This document shows, piece after piece, positions 1 to 7,978 of a stretch of DNA of 64,000 nucleotides. Every line of letters begins with the position of its first letter. Within the stretch, counting starts at the first letter, position 1. Source of the DNA: a virus. The notes under the pieces are model-generated. The model had not been told where the DNA came from, did no database searches, and worked only from the letters and a program-made list of their open reading frames with translations. Made by a program: the position numbers and the translations under genes. The stretch lies in the IMG/VR virus record IMGVR_UViG_3300029922_000003; one strand, 5' to 3'.

Positions 1-132
1 ATCGGATTGCTCATCATAAGCATCTGACCAATATCCACACCCATATCGGATTGCTCCGTTAGGTGCTGGCAGGGCGTTGCGCTTTGCTGACCCGCAAAAC
101 GGGCATTTCTCCGGCGTGATTTCGGTTTTCAT
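1..132 (-). CDS. Hypothetical protein with N-terminal CPFCG Zn-ribbon (Lar-like), runs off window start
   Basis: Manual translation from ATG at 132: MKTEITPEKCPFCGSAKR...; AC-rich leader; frame open to position 1. Confidence 0.5.
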   Translation of the reverse strand, partial: MKTEITPEKCPFCGSAKRNALPAPNGAIRYGCGYWSDAYDEQSD

Positions 133-160
133 AATTGTTGTTGGTTTTCAGTGTGAGTTC

Positions 161-187
161 AAGAAATAGGCGGCGCGTTCCCGCCTA
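161..187 (-). terminator. Possible intrinsic terminator
   Basis: TAGGCGG/CCGCCTA stem followed by TTTCTT on minus strand, at the stop of ORF 185..415. Confidence 0.3.
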
Positions 188-415
188 CTGTGTGTTGGAC
201 TGCTTTTCTAATTCGTCCCACGGATGAAATGAGTCGAAATTAGGACAGGCTATTGAGTAGAGCTGATGGATCGCCTCCATGATGTCGGATTCAAAAAGGG
301 CATCACGGGCTGCTATTATTTTCCTTGCCACATCTGGCTGGATGTCACGAGGCGCAGTCCAACCACTCACTGGAGCGAACACCTCTTGCTCGCTGGTTTG
401 GTTATTTGTTTCCAT
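185..415 (-). CDS. Hypothetical protein
   Basis: 76-aa ORF on the dominant coding strand, tiles with neighbours. Confidence 0.55.
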   Translation of the reverse strand: METNNQTSEQEVFAPVSGWTAPRDIQPDVARKIIAARDALFESDIMEAIHQLYSIACPNFDSFHPWDELEKQSNTQ

Positions 416-430
416 ATTTTTCGGTGTCGC

Positions 431-643
431 TCAGTTCGGGGTGTTCGGCGAATAGCCTAGTTGCGGTATGTAGGGTTCCCAATGTCCCGTTTTACAGTGA
501 TAGGTCACTCCATCATCTCCAAGCCCCAGCATGACTCCTTGCCAAGTGCTGTCGTTTGGGGCTATTAGTATTTGGACGATTTTCGCCGAACCAGTTGATG
601 CAGGCAACGCCTCTTGCGGGGTGGATTCGTTTTCTTCTTTCAT
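431..643 (-). CDS. Hypothetical protein (start probably MKEENEST at 643)
   Basis: AAAAGGAAACTAAT upstream of ATG 643; the longer ORF-track start at 772 overlaps the next gene. Confidence 0.5.
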   Translation of the reverse strand: MKEENESTPQEALPASTGSAKIVQILIAPNDSTWQGVMLGLGDDGVTYHCKTGHWEPYIPQLGYSPNTPN

Positions 644-656
644 ATTAGTTTCCTTT

Positions 657-968
657 TTATTGTTGTGATGATCCGCTCTCACGGCGTACCTGATCACCAG
701 TGTTAGACCAACGGGTAATCCACACGACGCTTCCAAGCGGCCACCAAAGTGTCCAGTAGCGTGCCGTTCCATTTGCTCCTCCTCCCATACAAGTAAATGG
801 CCATCTCATTCCCAGCCACGCAATGTCCACTGTTAGCCTACCAACATGGACTCTCATCAACCGATGGCCGTAAAAGCACACATTTAGATAGGGAAGTCCG
901 TAAGTTCTGCGGTCACTCTCCGCTGAATGTGGATTTAGTATTTCGTCTATTGTGGTTTTTCCATTCAT
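657..968 (-). CDS. Hypothetical Trp-rich protein
   Basis: 103-aa ORF with A-rich leader containing AGGA. Confidence 0.5.
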   Translation of the reverse strand: MNGKTTIDEILNPHSAESDRRTYGLPYLNVCFYGHRLMRVHVGRLTVDIAWLGMRWPFTCMGGGANGTARYWTLWWPLGSVVWITRWSNTGDQVRRESGSSQQ

Positions 969-1059
969 ATTTTTGTTTTGTTTCCTATGTTAATTCAAAT
1001 TTAGTAGTCTGATTAATACCTATCTATTTACTAAATAACAACAATAATTAGTTTGTTAT

Positions 1060-1569
1060 TTAGTCTGTATCTTGTGATACTAAATCCATGTTTGCATCAC
1101 ACGACTCACCGATTGCATCACGCACTTCACGTCGTAAATGACTATATGTAATACGACTCAACTTCATAGATCTTGTTTGTGGTTTTACCTCGAGCAGGTA
1201 AGTCTCATTAGCTCTGTACCTAAACGACACTAGGGATAGTTTTGTATTGGTTATAGCAGCCAACCTAGTCACTACTCTATGTGGAAATCCTTCTCTGGTA
1301 ATGAATGTATGAATCTTTCCGTGTACATTCCACGCTCCCCGAGTAGACACATATCTGCACCCCCACTGTTCCATTCTGGCTTCATACTCTTGATGCACTA
1401 TGGCGAATGGGTTTACCACAGTTCGCTTGATGGCATGAAAATCCAAATCATCTCTAGGACCCCTAAGATAAGTGGGCGACAATATATCCCGCAAGTTCGC
1501 AAAATCAATATAAAACCCAAAGGACATCAGTGCATTTACATAAACAGCATTAATATTGGGGTTATTCAT
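1060..1569 (-). CDS. Orphan member of the WGC paralog family (array at 13820-19000)
   Basis: Motifs YVNAL, LDFHAIK, EQWGCR, FITREGFPHRVVTRLAA match the array consensus. Confidence 0.75.
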   Translation of the reverse strand: MNNPNINAVYVNALMSFGFYIDFANLRDILSPTYLRGPRDDLDFHAIKRTVVNPFAIVHQEYEARMEQWGCRYVSTRGAWNVHGKIHTFITREGFPHRVVTRLAAITNTKLSLVSFRYRANETYLLEVKPQTRSMKLSRITYSHLRREVRDAIGESCDANMDLVSQDTD

Positions 1570-1750
1570 TTTCAATGTGGACATCAAAGCTCTCGACATT
1601 GGCTCGCATCTCATCTGTATTAGACTCGAACTCTGCGACCTTCTTCTTCATAGCTTCAATGATTGCTTTTTTGGAACATTTGTTAATTTGTCTGCTGCAC
1701 CCGACGACCTCAAAGGCCATCAGGCAAGCATGGTTGTATTTAGTCTTCAT
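1562..1750 (-). CDS. Hypothetical protein
   Basis: Small ORF whose stop overlaps the downstream start. Confidence 0.45.
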   Translation of the reverse strand: MKTKYNHACLMAFEVVGCSRQINKCSKKAIIEAMKKKVAEFESNTDEMRANVESFDVHIENE

Positions 1751-1994
1751 GTTGATTCTGGTTCGTTCCTTCTCTAGCCCCCTTGAACACCATTGCGTGT
1801 GCGTAGCAGTCATTCAGGGCAGAGGCAACGAACCGTCCATATTCTTCCTTTTCATCCCTTCCACCCACACCGGACTCAACAGAACAAACGTGGTATCCTT
1901 TCGAGTCCAGTATCGCCCCTTCCTCACTGGCATAGTATGAGAATGGTGGAGTATACTCCAATAACTTCTCTCCTACTGTTCTAAAGTTGTCCAT
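1740..1994 (-). CDS. Hypothetical protein
   Basis: Probable start MDNFRTVGE; tiles with neighbours. Confidence 0.5.
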   Translation of the reverse strand: MDNFRTVGEKLLEYTPPFSYYASEEGAILDSKGYHVCSVESGVGGRDEKEEYGRFVASALNDCYAHAMVFKGAREGTNQNQHED

Positions 1995-2484
1995 GTTGTT
2001 CTGTTGGTTGAATGTCATGCATTTCTGACGTGGTATGCACATTCTTGCGTACTCCAACGAGTAATCCAAGAAGTAGGCCAACCAGCAATGCGACAAAATA
2101 TATTATCGGATAACGCCTTGTTATAGGCTGCTCTTGCTCTTGCTCTTGCTCTTGCTCTTGCTCTTGCTCTTGCTCTTGTGGTTTACAAGAGTTATCAATC
2201 ATTTCTACCACTTCCACAAACAATGAACGCTGGGGCAGAAACTTCTCAGAGTCTGGGACCTTAGAGTCTACTCTGATAGAATCCCCTTCTTCGCGGTGGA
2301 ACACCATTGTTCCTGCAATGGCCTCAAACCCACCCTCTTTGTTGTTTGACATCCATTCATTGCTGATAGCGTCCAAATCTGCGCTTTTGTTCCAGGGATT
2401 CTCCATTGTAGAGTTGTTCCTGTTATTGTTATACCTTGCTATTAAGGCCTTTAGTGTAGGGCCAAGAATTTCTGCTGGTGACAT
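1981..2484 (-). CDS. Hypothetical membrane protein with (QE)n linker
   Basis: Hydrophobic segment IIYFVALLVGLLLGLLVGV preceded by QE repeats. Confidence 0.6.
   Translation of the reverse strand: MSPAEILGPTLKALIARYNNNRNNSTMENPWNKSADLDAISNEWMSNNKEGGFEAIAGTMVFHREEGDSIRVDSKVPDSEKFLPQRSLFVEVVEMIDNSCKPQEQEQEQEQEQEQEQEQPITRRYPIIYFVALLVGLLLGLLVGVRKNVHTTSEMHDIQPTEQHGQL
2131..2178. repeat. Hexanucleotide tandem repeat (CTCTTG)8
   Basis: Eight perfect copies counted; in frame, encodes QE/EQ repeats on minus strand. Confidence 0.95.
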
Positions 2485-2487
2485 ATG

Positions 2488-3201
2488 TCATTCCTCCTTT
2501 GTTGTTATCCCAAGGATTGCCTCCAACTCAGCTTCGACATCCTCTCCAACATTGTTAGTTAGGAGATCAGTTGCTTCATCTGGTGTAGCATCCCTTAGGG
2601 CTTTTATGAACTCGTAGGCATTCCTCAATACTACATCCTTTCCGCTTAACTTATTCTCAATCTCTGCATCAGTAGGTATATCCAACGCTTCTCGAATCCC
2701 CTGTGCTGTTAGTGGGCAACCCAGTTCTTCTATGACCTCAATAGAATCCTGCAGCAATTTTCTGAGCTTTTGCAATTCCTCAACCGCTTTCTCTACGCAA
2801 TCCTCAATTGAAGGGACTCCATAGGAATCGCCCTCAATAAACTCTTTCCCTAGGATTGGCTCCAGTAGAGCTTTTACCTTGGTGTCTGTCTCTGCCCAAT
2901 CTACATGAGCAGTGAACTCATTGCCCTTTGCTATGGCAAGCTCTTCTTCCGCTTTGTTCTTTGCCTCAAGTGCCCTTTTAAAATCAAAATCTCTAAGCTC
3001 TAACTCTGACCTCAGTGTGAAATTGGCTTCGCGTGTCTCGCACAGCTCATGACGCTCATAAGTATCTTTCTTATCCTCTTCTGTGGGTTCACACCCCGGC
3101 CAGTACTCTATACCAACTGAATCTTCTTCCCACAGTTGCGTTCCGCACTCCCACAGATGTGGATTAACAGGCTTAGCCCCGCAGAATTTGCAGTTACTCA
3201 T
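2488..3201 (-). CDS. Hypothetical protein with N-terminal CKFCG Zn-ribbon and coiled-coil segments
   Basis: MSNCKFCG start; acidic helical body. Confidence 0.65.
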   Translation of the reverse strand: MSNCKFCGAKPVNPHLWECGTQLWEEDSVGIEYWPGCEPTEEDKKDTYERHELCETREANFTLRSELELRDFDFKRALEAKNKAEEELAIAKGNEFTAHVDWAETDTKVKALLEPILGKEFIEGDSYGVPSIEDCVEKAVEELQKLRKLLQDSIEVIEELGCPLTAQGIREALDIPTDAEIENKLSGKDVVLRNAYEFIKALRDATPDEATDLLTNNVGEDVEAELEAILGITTKEE

Positions 3202-3325
3202 CGGGCTCTCCATTCTCGTCAAGGAACCCTAGGGCTATACCCTCCTTGACCCAAGATTCCTTTCTCTGTTCGTACCTCTTGCGGGCCAAATAGGCCGCTT
3301 TAAGTTGTTCTCTTGTTATTTCCAT
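3194..3325 (-). CDS. Small hypothetical protein (43 aa)
   Basis: Manual translation MEITREQLKAAYLARKRYEQRKESWVKEGIALGFLDENGEPDE; AAC-rich leader; stop overlaps next start. Confidence 0.45.
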   Translation of the reverse strand: MEITREQLKAAYLARKRYEQRKESWVKEGIALGFLDENGEPDE

Positions 3326-3337
3326 GATTGTTGTTGG

Positions 3338-3592
3338 TTAGTTGTGAATACCTCGCGCTGCTATAAAAGCAGCAGCTAGGGTGTCTTGCTTGGTTAGTAG
3401 CATTGAGCACTTTTCAGCTGGTGGCATCTGCCTTGCATTGAGACATCTCAACTCACGTTGGACAGCCTTGTTGTAGCGTTCTGCCTTTGCAGCTGGTGTG
3501 TTGTGTGGGGAAAGAATGTTCTTAAGGATCTTCTTGCCCCTCTTTATCGCGAGTCGCTTTTCAGCCTCACGTTGTCGTCGTGACTTGCTCAT
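3338..3592 (-). CDS. Small basic hypothetical protein
   Basis: K/R-rich N-terminus; tiles with neighbours. Confidence 0.55.
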   Translation of the reverse strand: MSKSRRQREAEKRLAIKRGKKILKNILSPHNTPAAKAERYNKAVQRELRCLNARQMPPAEKCSMLLTKQDTLAAAFIAARGIHN

Positions 3593-3593
3593 C

Positions 3594-3920
3594 TTAGCGG
3601 CCTAGTAGATGTAGCACAAACGCTACAGCATCTTTCCAGAAATTAGTGAACCTATCCACTATCATCTCTTCTGGGAGTATCTCTATGGGCTCAAAGTATT
3701 GAGCCTCTATCCCGCAATGTTCTCCATCCCATTTGCGCTGAAGTTCACAGAAAACAGTTCTAGGGAGCCCCATACTCTTTCGCTCTCCCACTATAGGATC
3801 AGGGTCTGCAAACCGCTCTTCACCCAAAGCCTTGGGGTTTGTGCACTTTGATAGGTCTGGGTTTTCATAATTAATCTTAGCCCACTTGCAGTCTTTGCAG
3901 AGTCTTATTGGTTCTTTCAT
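3594..3920 (-). CDS. Hypothetical Cys-motif protein (CKDC, C, C, HC)
   Basis: ATG at 3920 abuts the predicted IS left end. Confidence 0.6.
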   Translation of the reverse strand: MKEPIRLCKDCKWAKINYENPDLSKCTNPKALGEERFADPDPIVGERKSMGLPRTVFCELQRKWDGEHCGIEAQYFEPIEILPEEMIVDRFTNFWKDAVAFVLHLLGR

Positions 3921-3981
3921 CAAAATTTGTGGGTGGAAACCTCGGCCTTTAGGCCGACTTTTCGGGTTGCTGTTTTAGTGG

Positions 3982-4010
3982 TTGACGTGTTCAAGGTTTT
4001 GAAATAACTT
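3982..4010 (+). promoter_or_regulatory. Sigma70-like promoter for tnpB (leaderless geometry)
   Basis: TTGACG-17 nt-TAACTT, 7 nt before GTG start at 4018. Confidence 0.5.
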
Positions 4011-4017
4011 AGTTGAA

Positions 4018-5136
4018 GTGAAACTGACTATCCAGATTAAACTGCTGCCAACGCCAATTCAGGCGGATGCCCTGCGTGCCACGTTGGAAACAGTGAACAG
4101 CGCCGCCAATCGCCTTTCGCAACTGGCTTGGGACGCGAAGGAGTTTCGCAGATTCCCGCTCCACAAGACCTACTACCGTCAGATTCGAGACGAGTTCCCT
4201 TTGTCCGCCCAGATCGTCTGCCTGCTCAACGCCAAGGTCGTTGACGCCTACAAGCTGGACAAGAAGGTTCAGCGGGTCTTCCGTAAGCACGGCTGCATCG
4301 CCTACGATGCTCGTATCCTCGGCTTGAACCTCGCGGCGTCCACTATAAGCATCTGGACGCTTGGTGGGCGCGAGAAGATGCCCTTTGTGTGCGGCGAGAA
4401 GCAACGTGCTTTGCTTGCCTATCCTCGCGGCGAGTCCGACCTGATTCTCCGCAAGGGAAAGTGGTTTCTGAACATCACTGTTGACGTGCCGGAGGACAAA
4501 GAGATTGAGGCCGTGGACGTTTTGGGGATCGACCTTGGTATCGCTGAAATAGCGGCGGATTCGGATGGAAACAAATATAGCGGCGCAAAACTGAACAAGG
4601 TTCGCCATCGCAACCGCGCACTTCGCAAAAAGCTCCAGCGCATAGGAACGAAGTCGGCTCGCAGGCTCTTGAAGAAGCGCAGTCGCAAGGAGTCGCGTTT
4701 CGCAACCGACACCAATCACACAATTTCGAGACGCATAGTCTCTCTCGCCAAACGCACAAATCGAATGGTCACCGTTGAAGAACTCACCGGCATCAGATCG
4801 AGGGTTAGGGCTAGGAAGCGCGAGAGGACAAAGCTGCACAGTTGGGCGTTCGCACAGTTGGGTTCCTTTTTGGAATACAAGTGCGCCCGCGCTGGCATTC
4901 CGCTGCTGCGGATTGACCCGCGATTTACCAGCCAAGCGTGCAGTCAGTGCGGTCACACGGAGAAGGCAAACAGGAAGTCGAGAGACAGCTTTGTTTGCAA
5001 GTCGTGCGGCCATACGTCCCATGCGGATACGAACGGCGCGGCCAACATCAGACTGAAAGGTCTGGCGATGGCTGGCGCGGGTGCTTTCAACCACCCGAAC
5101 GTAGCGACTATTTTTTGTGGCAACATCCATAATTAG
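4018..5136 (+). CDS. tnpB: RNA-guided endonuclease TnpB
   Basis: RuvC-I GIDLG, RuvC-II VEEL, Zn finger CSQC/CKSC, RuvC-III ADTNGAANI; TSQACSQCG motif; 372 aa. Confidence 0.95.
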   Translation: MKLTIQIKLLPTPIQADALRATLETVNSAANRLSQLAWDAKEFRRFPLHKTYYRQIRDEFPLSAQIVCLLNAKVVDAYKLDKKVQRVFRKHGCIAYDARILGLNLAASTISIWTLGGREKMPFVCGEKQRALLAYPRGESDLILRKGKWFLNITVDVPEDKEIEAVDVLGIDLGIAEIAADSDGNKYSGAKLNKVRHRNRALRKKLQRIGTKSARRLLKKRSRKESRFATDTNHTISRRIVSLAKRTNRMVTVEELTGIRSRVRARKRERTKLHSWAFAQLGSFLEYKCARAGIPLLRIDPRFTSQACSQCGHTEKANRKSRDSFVCKSCGHTSHADTNGAANIRLKGLAMAGAGAFNHPNVATIFCGNIHN

Positions 5137-5197
5137 GTCAGTTACAATCCGCATCCCTTTAGGGTGCGGTAGTTGAAGTGTTGTTTATAGGCTAAAC
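5000..5197 (+). ncRNA. Predicted TnpB omega RNA (right-end scaffold plus about 20-nt guide from 5178)
   Basis: Inferred from known TnpB biology; right-end hairpin present; 5' boundary is approximate. Confidence 0.45.
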
Positions 5198-5478
5198 GGA
5201 GTTAGCCGGCTTGTTGCTGGTGTTGGATTGCCCGGTGGACACACCTGTTTAATCAGGATGTTTGGAGGCGTTGGGGTTGGTAGTGGTGTCGGAGTTGGTA
5301 TGGGCGTCGGAATTGGTGTAGGGATCTTCGGCTTAGGGGTGACCGTAGGCTTTGGTGTCGACTTCACCTTTGGTATTGGTGTCGGCGCAACCTTAACCTT
5401 CGGTACTGGAGTTGGTGTAGGCGTTGGCGTTGGGGTTGCTAGCCCAGTTGCCAACATCAGTATCAGTATGAATTTCAT
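5185..5478 (-). CDS. Putative secreted Pro/Thr-rich small protein
   Basis: Signal-like [14 protein letters not shown] followed by (TP)n/(PT)n repeats. Confidence 0.6.
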   Translation of the reverse strand: MKFILILMLATGLATPTPTPTPTPVPKVKVAPTPIPKVKSTPKPTVTPKPKIPTPIPTPIPTPTPLPTPTPPNILIKQVCPPGNPTPATSRLTPFSL

Positions 5479-5479
5479 G

Positions 5480-5767
5480 CTACTTTATTGGTTCTATCTT
5501 GATCTGACCACTCAGTTGGATCCCGTTGTCTAGCTCCACAAGTGGTCCCTCTTTAGTGTAGAAATTGTCAACATCCCACTCATATACTGATTCCCCCATT
5601 CCAAAAGTAACATGGTATTTGTACTTGTGTGGTGTTGGAGCAGGAGTCGAGTTTGTGACTGCTACTTGAGTTGCATTTATCCGATCCTCTTGGTAGTGGT
5701 TTATTCCCACAGCCATCAAGACGATAGATATACTAACTATCATTAAGATTACTAGTCTAAGTTTCAT
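5480..5767 (-). CDS. Putative membrane-anchored or exported small protein
   Basis: N-terminal hydrophobic helix, short TPAPTP linker. Confidence 0.6.
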   Translation of the reverse strand: MKLRLVILMIVSISIVLMAVGINHYQEDRINATQVAVTNSTPAPTPHKYKYHVTFGMGESVYEWDVDNFYTKEGPLVELDNGIQLSGQIKIEPIK

Positions 5768-6076
5768 TTAATTACTTGTTGTTAGTTGTGGTTTAGTTTT
5801 ATCTGAATAGTTCTTCTGCTCCTTGTATGTTCGCAAAAGTACGTTTAGTCGGTATTCAATTTCTTGAACCAATGCTTCGATACCGCGTTCGGTGGTTCGC
5901 ATTGTCCTCACATTCCAGTTGTCGTTTATCCCCTGCCGCTCGCACCAGATGCTATGACTGCCATCTTGGATTTCCTCAATGGCAGCTTTTGTTTGCTCTG
6001 GAGTAAGTCCTGCGTTGTGGTAGTCCTCAAGAGACAACCACACAATTGATGTACGAAAATAGCTTATTGGTTCCAT
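5768..6076 (-). CDS. Hypothetical protein
   Basis: 102-aa ORF, tiles. Confidence 0.55.
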   Translation of the reverse strand: MEPISYFRTSIVWLSLEDYHNAGLTPEQTKAAIEEIQDGSHSIWCERQGINDNWNVRTMRTTERGIEALVQEIEYRLNVLLRTYKEQKNYSDKTKPQLTTSN

Positions 6077-6083
6077 GGTATTG

Positions 6084-6374
6084 TTAGTTGTCTATTCTCT
6101 CCCAGTTGCTGCAGTCAGCTACATCAATCCTTAGATCGTAGCCGTATTCCCTAGAGAAGTTCTTAGTGAGCCATACATCACCCATGCTACTGCATCCAAT
6201 GCAGCGGTATCTCTCTCCTTTGTACTCACAACTCAGGATACGGTCAGACAACCACTTGTTGTCTTTCTGGACCGCTGGCCTTCTGAAGTGCTCTAGCCAC
6301 TCCTTAGCCAATCTCTCTGGTTCGTCCGTTGCAGGAGCATCGAGCCAGTCGTCTGCATGTGTCATTTCAGCCAT
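6084..6374 (-). CDS. Hypothetical protein
   Basis: 96-aa ORF; SSMGDVWL and YDLRID segments. Confidence 0.6.
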   Translation of the reverse strand: MAEMTHADDWLDAPATDEPERLAKEWLEHFRRPAVQKDNKWLSDRILSCEYKGERYRCIGCSSMGDVWLTKNFSREYGYDLRIDVADCSNWERIDN

Positions 6375-6427
6375 ATTAGTTGATTGTTGTCTCCCTCTAG
6401 AATAGAGGGAGGTGTTTAGTTATTGTA

Positions 6428-6673
6428 TTATGTGGGTGTGACTCTTATCCCCCGTTTCTGCACGGGCTCCGCACACTCATCCTTTTTCTTTGCATGGATA
6501 ACACCATGGTAGCACAGAGGATTGGGACAATTTACCAGGAAGAGTGTTGAGAACCGTGCCCTCACTTCCCTCCTACACTCCCTCAGTGTACATTCAATTT
6601 CACAGCCACAGGCAACACACTTGCCCTCCATAGGGGTGTGGCCTATCGGCAATCCTTGTTTGATAATCCTCAT
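6428..6673 (-). CDS. Small putative Zn-finger protein
   Basis: CVACGC and CPNPLC motifs. Confidence 0.55.
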   Translation of the reverse strand: MRIIKQGLPIGHTPMEGKCVACGCEIECTLRECRREVRARFSTLFLVNCPNPLCYHGVIHAKKKDECAEPVQKRGIRVTPT

Positions 6674-6942
6674 TCTTTCTTTGGGTGTCTCTTGTTGTAC
6701 TCAGCCATATAAGCCTCTTGTTTGGCTATCCTGACACTGAGCTCTTTATTAGTTTCTTCGCGATTGCGATATACGGTTATCTTGTAACCAACTCCTGGTC
6801 TCTCCTCTGCATCAAAAAGACTGTCTCCCACAAACTGCAGGATACTCAGAGATAGATAGGGACCATCCAGAATCACTACCTCTTCGGTTTGGACATTGAT
6901 CTTCTCCCTATGTATCTTAATTGGGTACATGTATGCTCCCAT
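6670..6942 (-). CDS. Hypothetical protein, tandem duplicate B (MGAYMYP family)
   Basis: Shares MGAYMYPI, LQFVGD, FDAE, ITVYR and EAYMAEYNKRHP with 6917..7225. Confidence 0.7.
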   Translation of the reverse strand: MGAYMYPIKIHREKINVQTEEVVILDGPYLSLSILQFVGDSLFDAEERPGVGYKITVYRNREETNKELSVRIAKQEAYMAEYNKRHPKKE

Positions 6943-7225
6943 ATTGCTCCTCATTTAATTTGGTTGGATGTCTCTTGTTGTACTCAGCCATGTAAGCCTC
7001 TTCTCCAGCGACTCTGGATTTTCTTTCTTCGTTGGTCTCCTTGCGGTGACGATATACGGTTATTTCATAACCCGTACCTACTTCAAAGACCTCTGCATCA
7101 AAGGGGTCATCACCTACAAACTGTAGGCCCTCTAGAGTCAGAGTGCCTTCCAGCCTCACTACCTCGTCGAAGTAAACCGTCTGCTTCGCCTTGATTATTC
7201 TTATTGGGTACATGTATGCTCCCAT
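6917..7225 (-). CDS. Hypothetical protein, tandem duplicate A (MGAYMYP family)
   Basis: AAGGAG upstream; 25-bp exact DNA repeat shared with duplicate B. Confidence 0.7.
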   Translation of the reverse strand: MGAYMYPIRIIKAKQTVYFDEVVRLEGTLTLEGLQFVGDDPFDAEVFEVGTGYEITVYRHRKETNEERKSRVAGEEAYMAEYNKRHPTKLNEEQYGSIHVPN

Positions 7226-7260
7226 ATCACTTCTCCTTGTTGATTGTTATTTGCATAGTA

Positions 7261-7593
7261 CTATGGTACAGTTTGATAGATGTCCGTAAGTAACTCAGCT
7301 GCCCTCTTCTCGATAAGCTCGAGCAGCCCTAGGGCACTCTCGTAGTATCCACTGTGTACAGCTGAATAGAACTTTCCTCCCAAATCAGCCAAGTCCTTAT
7401 CCCGAGGCATGCCAGAAGTATCTCGTGGGATCTGATCACATTGGTTGCCACAGGCACAAGTGACCCAATTTACAGCCATCTCTGACTTCTTATACCGATC
7501 CATGCGAGTTGGACTCTTTCTTACTGCAGCCTCCAACCATTCCTTCCAATTGAACTTGGACATTTGTTTGCTCTCTGCGTATGTTTTCCCCAT
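7261..7593 (-). CDS. WVTCACGNQC family protein, copy 5
   Basis: FNW...WVTCACGNQC..IPR..G.P.D..L..LG..F...IE.RAAEL. Confidence 0.8.
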   Translation of the reverse strand: MGKTYAESKQMSKFNWKEWLEAAVRKSPTRMDRYKKSEMAVNWVTCACGNQCDQIPRDTSGMPRDKDLADLGGKFYSAVHSGYYESALGLLELIEKRAAELLTDIYQTVP

Positions 7594-7609
7594 ATCACTC
7601 CTTTAGTTG

Positions 7610-7978
7610 TTACTCCAGCCTTAGAACCTTATCCGCTATCTTTCGGAATAAGCTCCTTTGATTCAGTATTACAGCAGATCGCTCTTCGATCATACAAAGT
7701 ACTCTCTTGGCCCTTCCCCATTTGCAGGTAAAGATGTGGCGTGCAAACTCTGAACCCAAATCCATCAGAAGCCAATCATCAGGCATACCCTTCTTGTCTC
7801 TTGGAATAGCTGCACATTGATTACCACAAGCACAAGTAACCCAGCTCAAAGCCTTGTCGATTGCGAACTCATACTCGAACCTGTGAGAGTCCTGGGTGTA
7901 CTTGCCAGCGACTGCCTTTGCCAAGAAGGATGTCCAATTGATTGTACCTTTCAGTTTCTTTTGTGAATAGGTAATCAT
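7610..7978 (-). CDS. WVTCACGNQC family protein, copy 4
   Basis: WVTCACGNQCAAIPRD motif. Confidence 0.8.
   Translation of the reverse strand: MITYSQKKLKGTINWTSFLAKAVAGKYTQDSHRFEYEFAIDKALSWVTCACGNQCAAIPRDKKGMPDDWLLMDLGSEFARHIFTCKWGRAKRVLCMIEERSAVILNQRSLFRKIADKVLRLE

Larger units (their letters stand above)
3921..5177 (+). mobile_element. Non-autonomous IS200/IS605-family element carrying tnpB only
   Basis: Left hairpin TCGGCCTTTAGGCCGA (3942-3957), right hairpin CCGCATCCCTTTAGGGTGCGG (5149-5169) followed by TAGTTGAA; no tnpA; GC-richer than flanks; boundaries inferred from empty-site reconstruction. Confidence 0.8.

Noticed and set aside
4009-5154. 381-aa minus-strand ORF opposite tnpB
   Set aside because: It is an antisense shadow of the GC-rich tnpB with no recognisable motifs
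4010-5180. 11-bp direct repeat TAGTTGAAGTG at 4010-4020 and 5170-5180 as a target-site duplication
   Set aside because: IS200/IS605 elements do not make TSDs, and the left hairpin lies outside the repeat pair; chance or internal end-like sequence is more likely
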